This document shows positions 21,422 through 30,368 of a DNA stretch of 64,000 nucleotides, in pieces. Under the pieces are notes generated by a model. That model was not told the origin of the DNA, made no database searches, and saw only the letters and a program-made list of their open reading frames with translations. A program made the position numbers and the translations under genes. Every line of letters starts with the position of its first letter. The first letter of the stretch is position 1. Origin of the DNA: Candidatus Multivoradales bacterium (lineage in GTDB: Bacteria; Acidobacteriota; Thermoanaerobaculia; Multivoradales; Multivoraceae); assembly GCA_965223325.1 (NCBI GenBank), contig CBDCWI010000002.1, positions 384,001 to 448,000 of the forward strand. The letters run 5' to 3'.

Positions 21422-23188
21422 TTAGCCCACGGGACGGCCGAAGGGCGACTCGCCGTTCTCTATGCGCTTGATGCGCTCTTCGATCTCGTCGTCGCTGAGG
21501 CCACGTTCCTTCATCCGCGTGCGGATCTCGTCGAGCCGCTCCGGCGTGAGCTCACCGGGCGGCGGTCCGCCGCCGCGACCGCGGCGCGCCTTCATCACTT
21601 CGAGACGCTCCTCGATCTGAGCCTCGGTGAGCCCCTCGCTCTCGAGGCGCTTGCGAATGCGCTCGACGACCTCCGGCGGTGGGCCTTCACCCGGGGTCAC
21701 CGCTCCTTCGGTTCTTTGCATCGTTGCGCTGCGCTGTCGCCCGCCGGTGGCGGGCGCCGCTTCAGTTGCCTGTGAGGCGGGCCTGGTCACCGGGGGGCTC
21801 TGTCTGGCGTCGTCGCTTGCCTCTGCAGCCTCGCGCGCCGCGGATGGCCGGCCGGCCTCTCTTCCAGTGCCACCGGGTCGCCGATCGCCGCCCGCCTGCA
21901 TCGCCTCGAGACGCTCCTCGATCTGCTCGTCGCTCATGCCGCGCTCTTTCATGCGCTGCTTGATGCCTTCGATCATCTCGGGGCTCGGAGGCCCGCCGCC
22001 AAAGCCTGGTGGGCCGGCGCCGGCCAAAGGCGGCGCGGTGGCGGCATCTGATTCAGACAGTACGTAGACCGCGGTTCCGTCGCTGACCGCTTCCTGGCCA
22101 ATGGTGATCACCCGCTCGCCCTCGCTCAATCCATTGGTCACCTCGACCATGTCCGACTCGGCGAAACCGAGCCCGATCTCACGACGCCTGGCGACCTCGC
22201 CATCCAGAACGTAGACCGTGTCGCCAACGCTCTCGAGCACCAGCGCACGCCGTGGAATGACGAGGGTGTTCTCACGCCGGTCGATCTCGAGGAAGACGGA
22301 AGCGAACATCCCGGGGCGCAGGTCACCTTCACCGTCGACTGACAGGGTGACCTTGAAGGTGCCGGTGGCAGCATCGATGACCGGGCTCTTGCGCAGGACG
22401 CGAGCGTTGAAACGCCGATCCCCGAAGGCCTCGACGCTCAAATACCCTGACTGCCCCACCGCGAGCCGCGGCAGGTCTTTCTCCGGCAGCTGTACCGGCG
22501 CCAGGAGCGGTGTGAAATCGGACAGGCGAAACAGCCTTTGACCGTTGTTGACAAACTCGGCGAACTTGATCGCCCGCTCGATCACCAGGCCGCTGAAAGG
22601 CGCTCGGATCTCGGTGTAGCCATGTTGGATCTCAACCGCCTGCAGGCGGGCGTTGGCCGAATCCAGTCGTGCCTTCGCCGTCTCGTAGGTCTCCTGCGAG
22701 ATGATGCCCGCCTCTTGCGTCTTCACCGCGCGCTCGAAAGCTACCCGTGCCTCCTCGACCTCCACCCGCGCCAGCTCGAGGTCAGACTCGACCGGTTCGG
22801 GATCGATGCGCGCCAGGAGGCGGCCGCGCTCGACGTACATTCCTTCCTCAGCTTCCAACTCGACGATCGGACCCGAGATCCGGGCGACGATGTCGACCTC
22901 GTTCTCGGCCTCGAGGGTGCCGTTGGCCTCGATATAGTCGGCAATCTCGCGCCGCTCCACCGTCTCGACCTCGACCGGAATCGCCGTGCTCCCGGCGGCC
23001 TCGCCACCGCCGAAGCCTCCAAAGCCACCGCCGAGACCACCGCGACCGCCGCCGGCTCGGCCGCCACCACGCTCGGAAGAAGCCGCTTCGCTACCGCCTC
23101 CGCAGGCTGCCAGGAGCAACACCAGCGAAGCGACGAACAGCAGACAGGCCAGTAGCCTGGCGATTGGAGAATCAGGAGATGGTTGCAT
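21422..23188 (-). CDS. RND periplasmic adaptor (MFP) lipoprotein with a long repeat-containing C-terminal extension
   Basis: Lipobox LAAC, lipoyl/hairpin motifs (TEIRAPFSG, LRPGMFA, GLSEGERV); start at ATG 23188. Confidence 0.9.
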   Translation of the reverse strand: MQPSPDSPIARLLACLLFVASLVLLLAACGGGSEAASSERGGGRAGGGRGGLGGGFGGFGGGEAAGSTAIPVEVETVERREIADYIEANGTLEAENEVDIVARISGPIVELEAEEGMYVERGRLLARIDPEPVESDLELARVEVEEARVAFERAVKTQEAGIISQETYETAKARLDSANARLQAVEIQHGYTEIRAPFSGLVIERAIKFAEFVNNGQRLFRLSDFTPLLAPVQLPEKDLPRLAVGQSGYLSVEAFGDRRFNARVLRKSPVIDAATGTFKVTLSVDGEGDLRPGMFASVFLEIDRRENTLVIPRRALVLESVGDTVYVLDGEVARRREIGLGFAESDMVEVTNGLSEGERVITIGQEAVSDGTAVYVLSESDAATAPPLAGAGPPGFGGGPPSPEMIEGIKQRMKERGMSDEQIEERLEAMQAGGDRRPGGTGREAGRPSAAREAAEASDDARQSPPVTRPASQATEAAPATGGRQRSATMQRTEGAVTPGEGPPPEVVERIRKRLESEGLTEAQIEERLEVMKARRGRGGGPPPGELTPERLDEIRTRMKERGLSDDEIEERIKRIENGESPFGRPVG

Positions 23189-26100
23189 CGAGGGCCTCAC
23201 CGGGTGTTGCCCTCGGACGGCGTCTAGCAAGCGCCGCGACCCGGCGTACGAAACGCGTCGCGTCGTCAATGAGGGAGTAGATCGTGGGAATGACCAGGAG
23301 GGTCAAGAAGGTCGAAGTCGTCAAGCCGCCGAGAATCACCAACCCCATCGGCGCCCAGTACGCAGCGCGCCCCTCGGGGCGGCCGAAGATCTCCGGCAGA
23401 ACAAACGGGGCAACCATCGGCGAGAGCCCGAGAATCGTGGTGATCGCGGTCATCAGAATCGGTCGCAACCGGTGCTTGCCACCGAGGACGATCGCCTCGT
23501 CTCGGGCCAAGCCCTCGCGGCGCAAATGACCGATGTGATCGATCAACACGATCGCGTTGTTGACGACAATGCCAGCGAGGATGATCAGACCCATGTCGGC
23601 GGCACCATCGCGCGGCTGCCCAACCGCTTTCATCACCAGCCCGACGCCGATGAACGCGAAGGGAATCGAGAACATGATGGTCAGCGGTTGAGCGAAGCTC
23701 TCGAACAGCGACGCCATGATCATGTAGATGAGAATGGTCGCAAAGATGAAGGCGAAGATCGCCGAGTTCGCGTCGTCTTCGGCATCGTCCCAGGAGCGCC
23801 CAAAGCCGAGTGAGTAGCCTTCGGGCATCGGAATGCCGGCGATCGTCCCGCTCACCATACGCTGCAACACGAACGACGGGATCGCGGTTGTCGACTCGGC
23901 ACTGATGGTGATGCGCGCATTGCGGTTCTCACGTGTGATCGAGCGCGCTCCACGTGCGACATCGAAGGTCGCCAGGCTACCGATGGGTACCGCGGCAGAC
24001 TCGAGAGCGCCGGGAGTTCGCACGCGCACCGGCAGTTTGCGCAGCTGGTCGAGAGTCTCGCGATCTTCCTCGCGGTACTGCATCACCACCCCAACCTCGC
24101 GCTCGGGGGTCTTGATGTAGCTCAGATTGCGTTCCGAGAGCGCCGAGCTCACGGTCTGCCCCACCGCCCGCGAGGAGAGCCCCGATTGGAGAGCACGGCT
24201 CGGCTCGACACTCAAGACGATCTCCTGGTCGCCGCTCTCGAGCGAGGTGTCAATGTCTTTGAGCATCGGCAGTGCGCGCAAGTGCTCGACCACCATCGGC
24301 GCCAGCAGCTCGAGAACCGCCATGTCCTCACCCTCGAGTTCGAGGTTGAGCCCCCCGCCTCCCCCAGGTGGCCCGCGCCGGCTTTGGGCGAGACGGAAGG
24401 TCACGCCCGCCATGGTCGGCAGTGCCTCCCTGATCTCGTCGCTGATCTCCTCTGGCGAACGCTCGGCTTCGGCCTCCGGGGTCAGGTAGATGTCGAAACG
24501 GTTGCTTCCACCGTGACCACGTGACCTCGAACGCGCCGCACCGAGGTTCCATCGATAGGCGACGTCGGCGATCTCCCAGGCTTCGCGATTTTCGTCCAGC
24601 AACTCGTAGACGCCACGATAGAGCGCCATCTTCTCGTCGCTCGTAGCCTGCGCCGGCGCATCGACGGAAAGGGTGAACTCACGCCCCAGCGAGGGGGGCT
24701 GCATGGAGCGACCGATCCCCATGTAGAGGTTCCACGAGAACCAGAGGAGACCAATCGAGGCGGCGGCAAACAGCAACCGGTGACGGAGGGTGAACCCGAT
24801 CACCCCGCCGTACAGGCTGATCACCCGATCGAGAACCGGCATGTGGCGGCGGGTCTCAGCGCGCAGGATGAGCGCCGCAACCATCGGCACGACGGTCAGG
24901 GAAATGATCAGCGAGGCGACCATCACCACCACGACGGTCAAGCCGATATCTCCCATGAAACGCAAGAAGCCCCTGCCGCCACCGGAAACGAAGATCATCG
25001 GTACGAAGACGCAGGCGGTGGTGATCGTCGACGCGATGATCGGCATCGCCACTGCGCTGGCGCCGTGGAGGGCGGCAGTGCGGGCATCTTCACCGAGTTC
25101 ACTGCGATGCCGGAAGATGGACTCTATGACGACGATCGAGTTGTCGAACAACATGCCGACTGCCAGCATCAGTCCCATCAGGCTCATCACGTTGAGGGTG
25201 ATGTCGGTCACACCCAACTGGCGCAGCAGGTAGATGATCACGAAGGTACCGATGAGCGACAGGGGAATCGCGATCGCGATCAAAACGGTAGTGCGAAAAC
25301 GGCGCAGGAAGAGGAACATGAAGACCACCGCCAGTCCGCCGCCAATGAAGCCAGCCTTGCTGAGCTCGGTGAGGCCCTGCGTCACGTCTTTCGAGGCGTC
25401 GTGAAAGTGCTTGACCACCAGGCCCTCGGCCTCGGGCATGGCAGCGATGTCGGCGAGCTCACGCTTGACGACATTGACGACGCTGAGCACGTTGGCGCTC
25501 GAGACCTTGTTGATCGAGAGTGACACCGACTCGGTACCGTTCAGATAGCTGAAGGAGCGCTTGGCGGGAAAGTCGTAACTGACCTCTGCAACGTCTTCGA
25601 TCTTCAGACCATCGGCGCGGATGGGCACGTTCCTGATCTGGTCGATGGTGCGCAGTTCGCCGATCGCGCGCACCAAGAGCACCCGACCGCGCTCGCGCAA
25701 GACACCTGCTGATGTGTTCTGGTTGGCCAATCGAATGGCGCTGGCAAGGTCTGAGACGTCGACACCGTGAGCGGCGAGGCGCGAGGGAATGAGGTCGATG
25801 CGCAGCTGCCGGGTGCGAATGCCGTGCACTCCGGCCTGTGCCACGCCTTCCAGGCGCTCGAGCCGCGGCTGCACCACCTCTTCGACGAACTGGTTCAGGC
25901 GTTCTTCGCTCCACGGCGCCGCCAGGTTGCTGCGCAGAACCGGAATGTCGCTACTCTGAAACCGTCGCACCCAGACCCGCTCGAGGTCGTCTGGAAGTTG
26001 GTTGCGCACCCGGTCGATGCGGTCGCGCACATCGACCGCGGCCAGGTCCATGTCAACGTTCTCAGCGAAGGTGAGGTTGACCGAGCCGCTCTCCGCCGAG

Positions 26101-26450
26101 GCATTCGAGGTCAACGTCTCGACCCCGTTGATGGTACCCAGGCTGTCTTCGAGCGGTCGTACGATCTGACGCTCGACTTCTTCGGGCGATGACGACGGCC
26201 AGGGAGCGAAGACCGAAACGGAGTTGCTCTCGAAGCTGGGCAGGAACTCGAGCGGCAGCCGCATCAGCGAGAGCACGCCGAGAACGATCAGGCCCAGGAT
26301 CGCCATGACCATGGTGATCTTGCGATCGATCGCGAAACGCACCACGGGATGATTGCGGGCGATCGAGGTGCGCTCGCGTTGCCGTTGGCGGCGCTCTGTT
26401 GAGGGTCCAGCAGCGCCTTCGGACGAAGGATCGTTTGACTCAATGCTCAT
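23172..26450 (-). CDS. RND efflux permease (AcrB/AcrD/AcrF family), second subunit
   Basis: LFDNSIVVIE, VVNNAIVLID, RLRPILMTA; start chosen at ATG 26450. Confidence 0.93.
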   Translation of the reverse strand: MSIESNDPSSEGAAGPSTERRQRQRERTSIARNHPVVRFAIDRKITMVMAILGLIVLGVLSLMRLPLEFLPSFESNSVSVFAPWPSSSPEEVERQIVRPLEDSLGTINGVETLTSNASAESGSVNLTFAENVDMDLAAVDVRDRIDRVRNQLPDDLERVWVRRFQSSDIPVLRSNLAAPWSEERLNQFVEEVVQPRLERLEGVAQAGVHGIRTRQLRIDLIPSRLAAHGVDVSDLASAIRLANQNTSAGVLRERGRVLLVRAIGELRTIDQIRNVPIRADGLKIEDVAEVSYDFPAKRSFSYLNGTESVSLSINKVSSANVLSVVNVVKRELADIAAMPEAEGLVVKHFHDASKDVTQGLTELSKAGFIGGGLAVVFMFLFLRRFRTTVLIAIAIPLSLIGTFVIIYLLRQLGVTDITLNVMSLMGLMLAVGMLFDNSIVVIESIFRHRSELGEDARTAALHGASAVAMPIIASTITTACVFVPMIFVSGGGRGFLRFMGDIGLTVVVVMVASLIISLTVVPMVAALILRAETRRHMPVLDRVISLYGGVIGFTLRHRLLFAAASIGLLWFSWNLYMGIGRSMQPPSLGREFTLSVDAPAQATSDEKMALYRGVYELLDENREAWEIADVAYRWNLGAARSRSRGHGGSNRFDIYLTPEAEAERSPEEISDEIREALPTMAGVTFRLAQSRRGPPGGGGGLNLELEGEDMAVLELLAPMVVEHLRALPMLKDIDTSLESGDQEIVLSVEPSRALQSGLSSRAVGQTVSSALSERNLSYIKTPEREVGVVMQYREEDRETLDQLRKLPVRVRTPGALESAAVPIGSLATFDVARGARSITRENRNARITISAESTTAIPSFVLQRMVSGTIAGIPMPEGYSLGFGRSWDDAEDDANSAIFAFIFATILIYMIMASLFESFAQPLTIMFSIPFAFIGVGLVMKAVGQPRDGAADMGLIILAGIVVNNAIVLIDHIGHLRREGLARDEAIVLGGKHRLRPILMTAITTILGLSPMVAPFVLPEIFGRPEGRAAYWAPMGLVILGGLTTSTFLTLLVIPTIYSLIDDATRFVRRVAALARRRPRATPGEALDATIS

Positions 26451-26538
26451 GGTGCTGGGCTCATGGTGCTGCGCTTGTCGCGCTGGTTTCTCTGCCGGAG
26501 GCAATCGGATCACCGGCTCGTCTGACTTCGCTAGGGAA

Positions 26539-26565
26539 GTCCCAATGTTTTCAGGACATTGGGAC
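26539..26565. promoter_or_regulatory. Inverted repeat GTCCCAATGT-N7-ACATTGGGAC in the divergent RND/cca intergenic region
   Basis: Perfect 10-bp arms about 90 nt upstream of the RND operon start. Confidence 0.5.
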
Positions 26566-26687
26566 GATACGACGAATCGAACGGCGACGATAGCAGCGGT
26601 GAGCTCCGGCCCGTCGACCGGCGACGTAAGCAGCAAGTAAAACCTGGCGAATGCACGCTCTTCTTGAGCCGCAAGTAGGCTCAGACC

Positions 26688-28082
26688 GTGAACAACCGCA
26701 AGCGGGGCCTTACCCCCGACGACTCACCTGCCTGGCAGACGGTGCTCGAGATCTGCCGCCGCGCCGACGTCCATGGAGGGCGTGCGCACCTGGTCGGCGG
26801 GTCGGTACGTGACCGCCTGATCGGCCACCAGGTCCATGACTTTGATCTCGAGGTCTTCGGGCTCGACGGTGAAGCGCTCGAGCGCATGCTGGCGAAGTTC
26901 ACCGAGGTCGACCCGGTGGGCCGCTCGTTCGGCGTTCTCAAAGTCAAGCATTTGCCCATCGACATCGCGCTGCCGCGCCGCGAACGCAAGGTCGGCACCG
27001 GGCATCGCGGTTTCGAAACCCTCGCCGACCCCGAGATGTCGCCCGAGGACGCAGCGGCTCGCCGCGATTTCACCATCAATGCGATTGCCTGGGATCCCCT
27101 CCGGGACCGCCTGATCGACCCCTGGGGCGGCGCCCGAGACCTCGACCGTGGCATCCTCCGGCACACCTCGGAACGCTTCGCCGAAGACCCGCTGCGCGTC
27201 TTACGCGGCATGCAGTTCATCGCCCGCTTCGAACTGTCGCCAGCACCTGAAACAGTCCAGCTGGCGCGCACCATGGGCCTCGAGGGGCTGGCCCCGGAAC
27301 GGATCTTCGAAGAGTGGCGCAAGTACTTTCTCGAGGGTCGCGCGATGAGCCGCGGCCTGTGGTTTCTGCGCTCCACCGGCTGGATTCAGTACTTCCCCGA
27401 GATCGCTGCCCTCATCGACTGCCCTCAGGATCCGATCTGGCATCCCGAGGGGTCGGTCTTTCGCCACACTGGCTTCGTACTCGACGCATTCGCGGCGGAT
27501 CGCATCGCTCTCCCCCACGAGGATCTGCGGGTCGGCCTCGCTTGCCTCTGTCACGACTTCGGGAAGCCCGCCACCACCCGTCTCGAAGGCGGGCGCTGGC
27601 GTTCTCGCCATCACGACTCCTTCGGCGTTCATCCGACCCAGAGCTTTCTTCGGCGAATGACCAATCAGGAGGACCTGATCGCGGACGTTTGCGATCTGGT
27701 CGCTGATCACCTCCGCCCGCGGCAACTCTGGGAGGTCAAAGCCGGTGACGCCGCGATCCGGAGGCTGGCACGCCGCATCGGCCGCATCGATCGCCTGGTG
27801 CGCGTCGCACGGGCCGACTCTTCCGGCCGTCCACCGTTGCCCCCAGACGACGGCGAGGCCGCCGACTGGCTGTTGGCGAAGGCCCAGCGACTCGAGCTCG
27901 AGGCGAGTGCGCCGCAACCGTTGGTTCTCGGACGCCATCTGATCGCTCGCGGCCTCGCTCCCGGTCCGCACTTCGGACCAATGCTCGACGCCGCCTTCGA
28001 GGCGCAGCTCGACGGCACCTTCGATGACGAACGAGGTGCCCTCGCCTGGCTCGACCAGTACCTCGCCAGCAAAAGGGACTAA
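26688..28082 (+). CDS. cca: CCA tRNA nucleotidyltransferase with HD domain
   Basis: VGGSVRD, DFDL, flexible loop RRERKVGTGHRGF, RRDFTINA, EDPLRVLR, WHPEG...HT, CHDFGK. Confidence 0.9.
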   Translation: MNNRKRGLTPDDSPAWQTVLEICRRADVHGGRAHLVGGSVRDRLIGHQVHDFDLEVFGLDGEALERMLAKFTEVDPVGRSFGVLKVKHLPIDIALPRRERKVGTGHRGFETLADPEMSPEDAAARRDFTINAIAWDPLRDRLIDPWGGARDLDRGILRHTSERFAEDPLRVLRGMQFIARFELSPAPETVQLARTMGLEGLAPERIFEEWRKYFLEGRAMSRGLWFLRSTGWIQYFPEIAALIDCPQDPIWHPEGSVFRHTGFVLDAFAADRIALPHEDLRVGLACLCHDFGKPATTRLEGGRWRSRHHDSFGVHPTQSFLRRMTNQEDLIADVCDLVADHLRPRQLWEVKAGDAAIRRLARRIGRIDRLVRVARADSSGRPPLPPDDGEAADWLLAKAQRLELEASAPQPLVLGRHLIARGLAPGPHFGPMLDAAFEAQLDGTFDDERGALAWLDQYLASKRD

Positions 28083-28167
28083 CAACACCGAAAGGACTCC
28101 CAGGCACGTACCGCGCACATCGACATCTTGCTATCGTGCGACAAATTTCGAACGCGGAGAATCCGAG

Positions 28168-28977
28168 ATGACGTTCCCTTCAGGTCTCGAGCGAGCCCTC
28201 GCCGTTGTATTCCTCATTGTGTTGGCGGCCACCGCTGCCCTTCCGCTCAGTGCCCAGACGACGGTTTCAATTGCCGCCAGCGCCGACACGACGCTCTATG
28301 AGTCCGCGGCCGGAGCGCTCGCCAACGGCGGCGGTCAGTTCCTGTTCGTCGGCAACACCAACGAAATGGCGCCTGGCGACGAACCGAAGCGCCGCGCCCT
28401 CATCGCTTTCGACATCGCCGGTGCGGTTCCGGCCGGCGCCACCATCGACTCGGTGACCCTCGAACTGGCCATGGACCGCACCATCGTCGGCAACGTTGGC
28501 GTCGACCTCCATCGCGTCTCCGCTTCGTGGAACGAAGGCTCCACCGACGCAGCCGGACAAGAGGGCAAGGGCGGCCCCGCGGTCCCCGGTGACGCCACCT
28601 GGCTGCATCGCGACTCGCCCGGCACGGCGTGGACCGCCGCCGGCGGCGACTATGTTCCGGCCGCCAGTGCCACCGCCACGGTCGGGGGTGCCGGCACCTA
28701 CACCTGGTCCTCGGCGACGATGACGGTGGACGTTCAGGCCTGGCTCGACGCGCCGGCGACCAGTCACGGTTGGCTGCTGCGCACGATCGAGTTCCCCGGG
28801 GCAGCCGAGGCCAAGCGCTTCATCAGTCGTGAGGGCGCCGCCGGCCCGGTCCTGCGGGTGACCTATTCAGGCGTTGCGGGTCCAGCCGCACCGATTCCCG
28901 CCCTGCCTCTCTCGGGTTTGATCGCGCTCGCCGTGGTGCTGGCGCTGGCCGGCATCTCCCGCCTGAGGCGCCCCTGA
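28168..28977 (+). CDS. Secreted DNRLRE-type domain protein with IPTL-CTERM-like anchor
   Basis: Signal peptide, ADTTLYE...N.G...LFVG...RRALIAFD pattern, C-terminal IPAL + hydrophobic helix + RLRR. Confidence 0.7.
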   Translation: MTFPSGLERALAVVFLIVLAATAALPLSAQTTVSIAASADTTLYESAAGALANGGGQFLFVGNTNEMAPGDEPKRRALIAFDIAGAVPAGATIDSVTLELAMDRTIVGNVGVDLHRVSASWNEGSTDAAGQEGKGGPAVPGDATWLHRDSPGTAWTAAGGDYVPAASATATVGGAGTYTWSSATMTVDVQAWLDAPATSHGWLLRTIEFPGAAEAKRFISREGAAGPVLRVTYSGVAGPAAPIPALPLSGLIALAVVLALAGISRLRRP

Positions 28978-29244
28978 ACGGGGGTTCCTGCCCCCTCCAA
29001 AGGCGGTAGAACAGCACAAACCAGCACGAGACGCCGCCGTTGGACCTGGGCGACGGAGAAGCCCCGGAATCACGGGCTCTGGTAGTCTGTTTCCTGATTC
29101 GAGAACACACTGCCGGCACCCTGGCACCCGCTGCGCTCCCGGCCCGAGGCCGGGAGAACTGCCGAAACAACGGCTCTCATCCGAGGAGGGCCCCGCCACC
29201 AGGGCATTCCCACGCCACGGCATTCTGCCTAGAGGAGCATCACG

Positions 29245-30237
29245 ATGTTCACCCGATCGACCCCCGAGACCCGCCTCTTGCTCGGCCTGGTTGCCAGCCT
29301 CGCCCTGGTGCTCGTCAGCCTTCCGGCCGCCGCCCAGCTACCCGGCTCGATGAGCGGCAAGATCTTCGACGAGAACTCCGAGCCGGTCGCCGGGGTGGTG
29401 ATCACGGTCACCGATCCCGAGCGCCCGGGCTGGTCCGAGACCTTTACCAGTCGCAAGAACGGCATGTACAAGGTCTTTTTGACCTCATCCCTGCCCTCCT
29501 ACACCTTCGCCTTTGCCAAGGAGGGTTATCAGTCGTTCTCGCTCAATGGCGTCAAGATCCAGGCCCGGCAGGAGATCAAGCGTAACTGGGACATCAAGTC
29601 GCAGGATGCCGCCGTCGCCGCGGCCCAGGCGGCAGGGCAGGTCGCGCCGGAACTCTCTGAGGCCGACATCGCCAAGGGCAACGCGATGAAGAGCTTCAAC
29701 GCCGCGGTGCAAGCCTTCAATGGCGGCGACACCGCCACCGCCATCGAGGGCTTCAAAGCGGCGATCGAGAAGAACCCCGAGCTCGGCATCGCCTATGCCG
29801 GCCTCGCGCGCGCGCAGCGCGCGGCGGGCAACCACCAGCAAGCGGTCGAGGCCGCCGAGCGGGCGGTCGGGCTCGAGACCGACGTCGGCGACATGAACCA
29901 GATCCTCTTTGACGCCCACTCCGCCCTCGGCAACAAAGAAGAGGCCAACGCCGCGCTCTCGAAACTCACCACCGGCGATCCCGCGAAGGCCGCCCTCAAC
30001 CTGTTCAATCAGGCTGCCGACATGTTCAACAGCGGCGACATGGAGGGAGCGATCGCCGGCTTCGAGAAGGTCTTGGCGGTCGATCCCGACCACCCGAAGG
30101 CCAACTACATGATCGGTACGGCCCTCTCCGGTTCGGATCCCGCGCGCGCCAAGACGCACCTCGAAAAGTTCCTTGCCGTCGCACCCTCTGATCCCGACGC
30201 CGAGGTCGCCAAGCAGATGATCGAGTACCTGAAGTAG
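29245..30237 (+). CDS. Secreted carboxypeptidase-regulatory-like domain + TPR protein
   Basis: Signal peptide, GKIFDENSEPVAGVVIT beta-sandwich, several TPR helices; AGAGGAG RBS. Confidence 0.85.
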   Translation: MFTRSTPETRLLLGLVASLALVLVSLPAAAQLPGSMSGKIFDENSEPVAGVVITVTDPERPGWSETFTSRKNGMYKVFLTSSLPSYTFAFAKEGYQSFSLNGVKIQARQEIKRNWDIKSQDAAVAAAQAAGQVAPELSEADIAKGNAMKSFNAAVQAFNGGDTATAIEGFKAAIEKNPELGIAYAGLARAQRAAGNHQQAVEAAERAVGLETDVGDMNQILFDAHSALGNKEEANAALSKLTTGDPAKAALNLFNQAADMFNSGDMEGAIAGFEKVLAVDPDHPKANYMIGTALSGSDPARAKTHLEKFLAVAPSDPDAEVAKQMIEYLK

Positions 30238-30275
30238 GGAGCCGCCCCAACGGCACTCTGGTGCGTACTTGATAG

Positions 30276-30301
30276 CGAAGGCTCCCGCATGGGAGCCTTC
30301 G
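30276..30301 (+). terminator. Hairpin CGAAGGCTCCC-GCAT-GGGAGCCTTCG, probable terminator or mRNA-stabilising stem
   Basis: Perfect 11-bp stem about 40 nt after the TPR gene stop; only a weak U-tract. Confidence 0.6.
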
Positions 30302-30368
30302 TCGTCCTCACTCGCCCCAAAGAAGTGAATCACCACCTCGATCAACCAAAGCGAGGGACCCCAGACCG

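Noticed and set aside
26688-28082. Poly(A) polymerase assignment
   Set aside because: Has VGRSF rather than the PAP G[RK]RF signature, plus the CCA-type loop and HD domain
29110-29185. Glycine riboswitch (GGAGA...GCCGAA...CTCTCA) or sigma-54 promoter (TGGCAC...GC)
   Set aside because: Spacing and the remaining consensus positions do not fit; the -12 TTGC is missing
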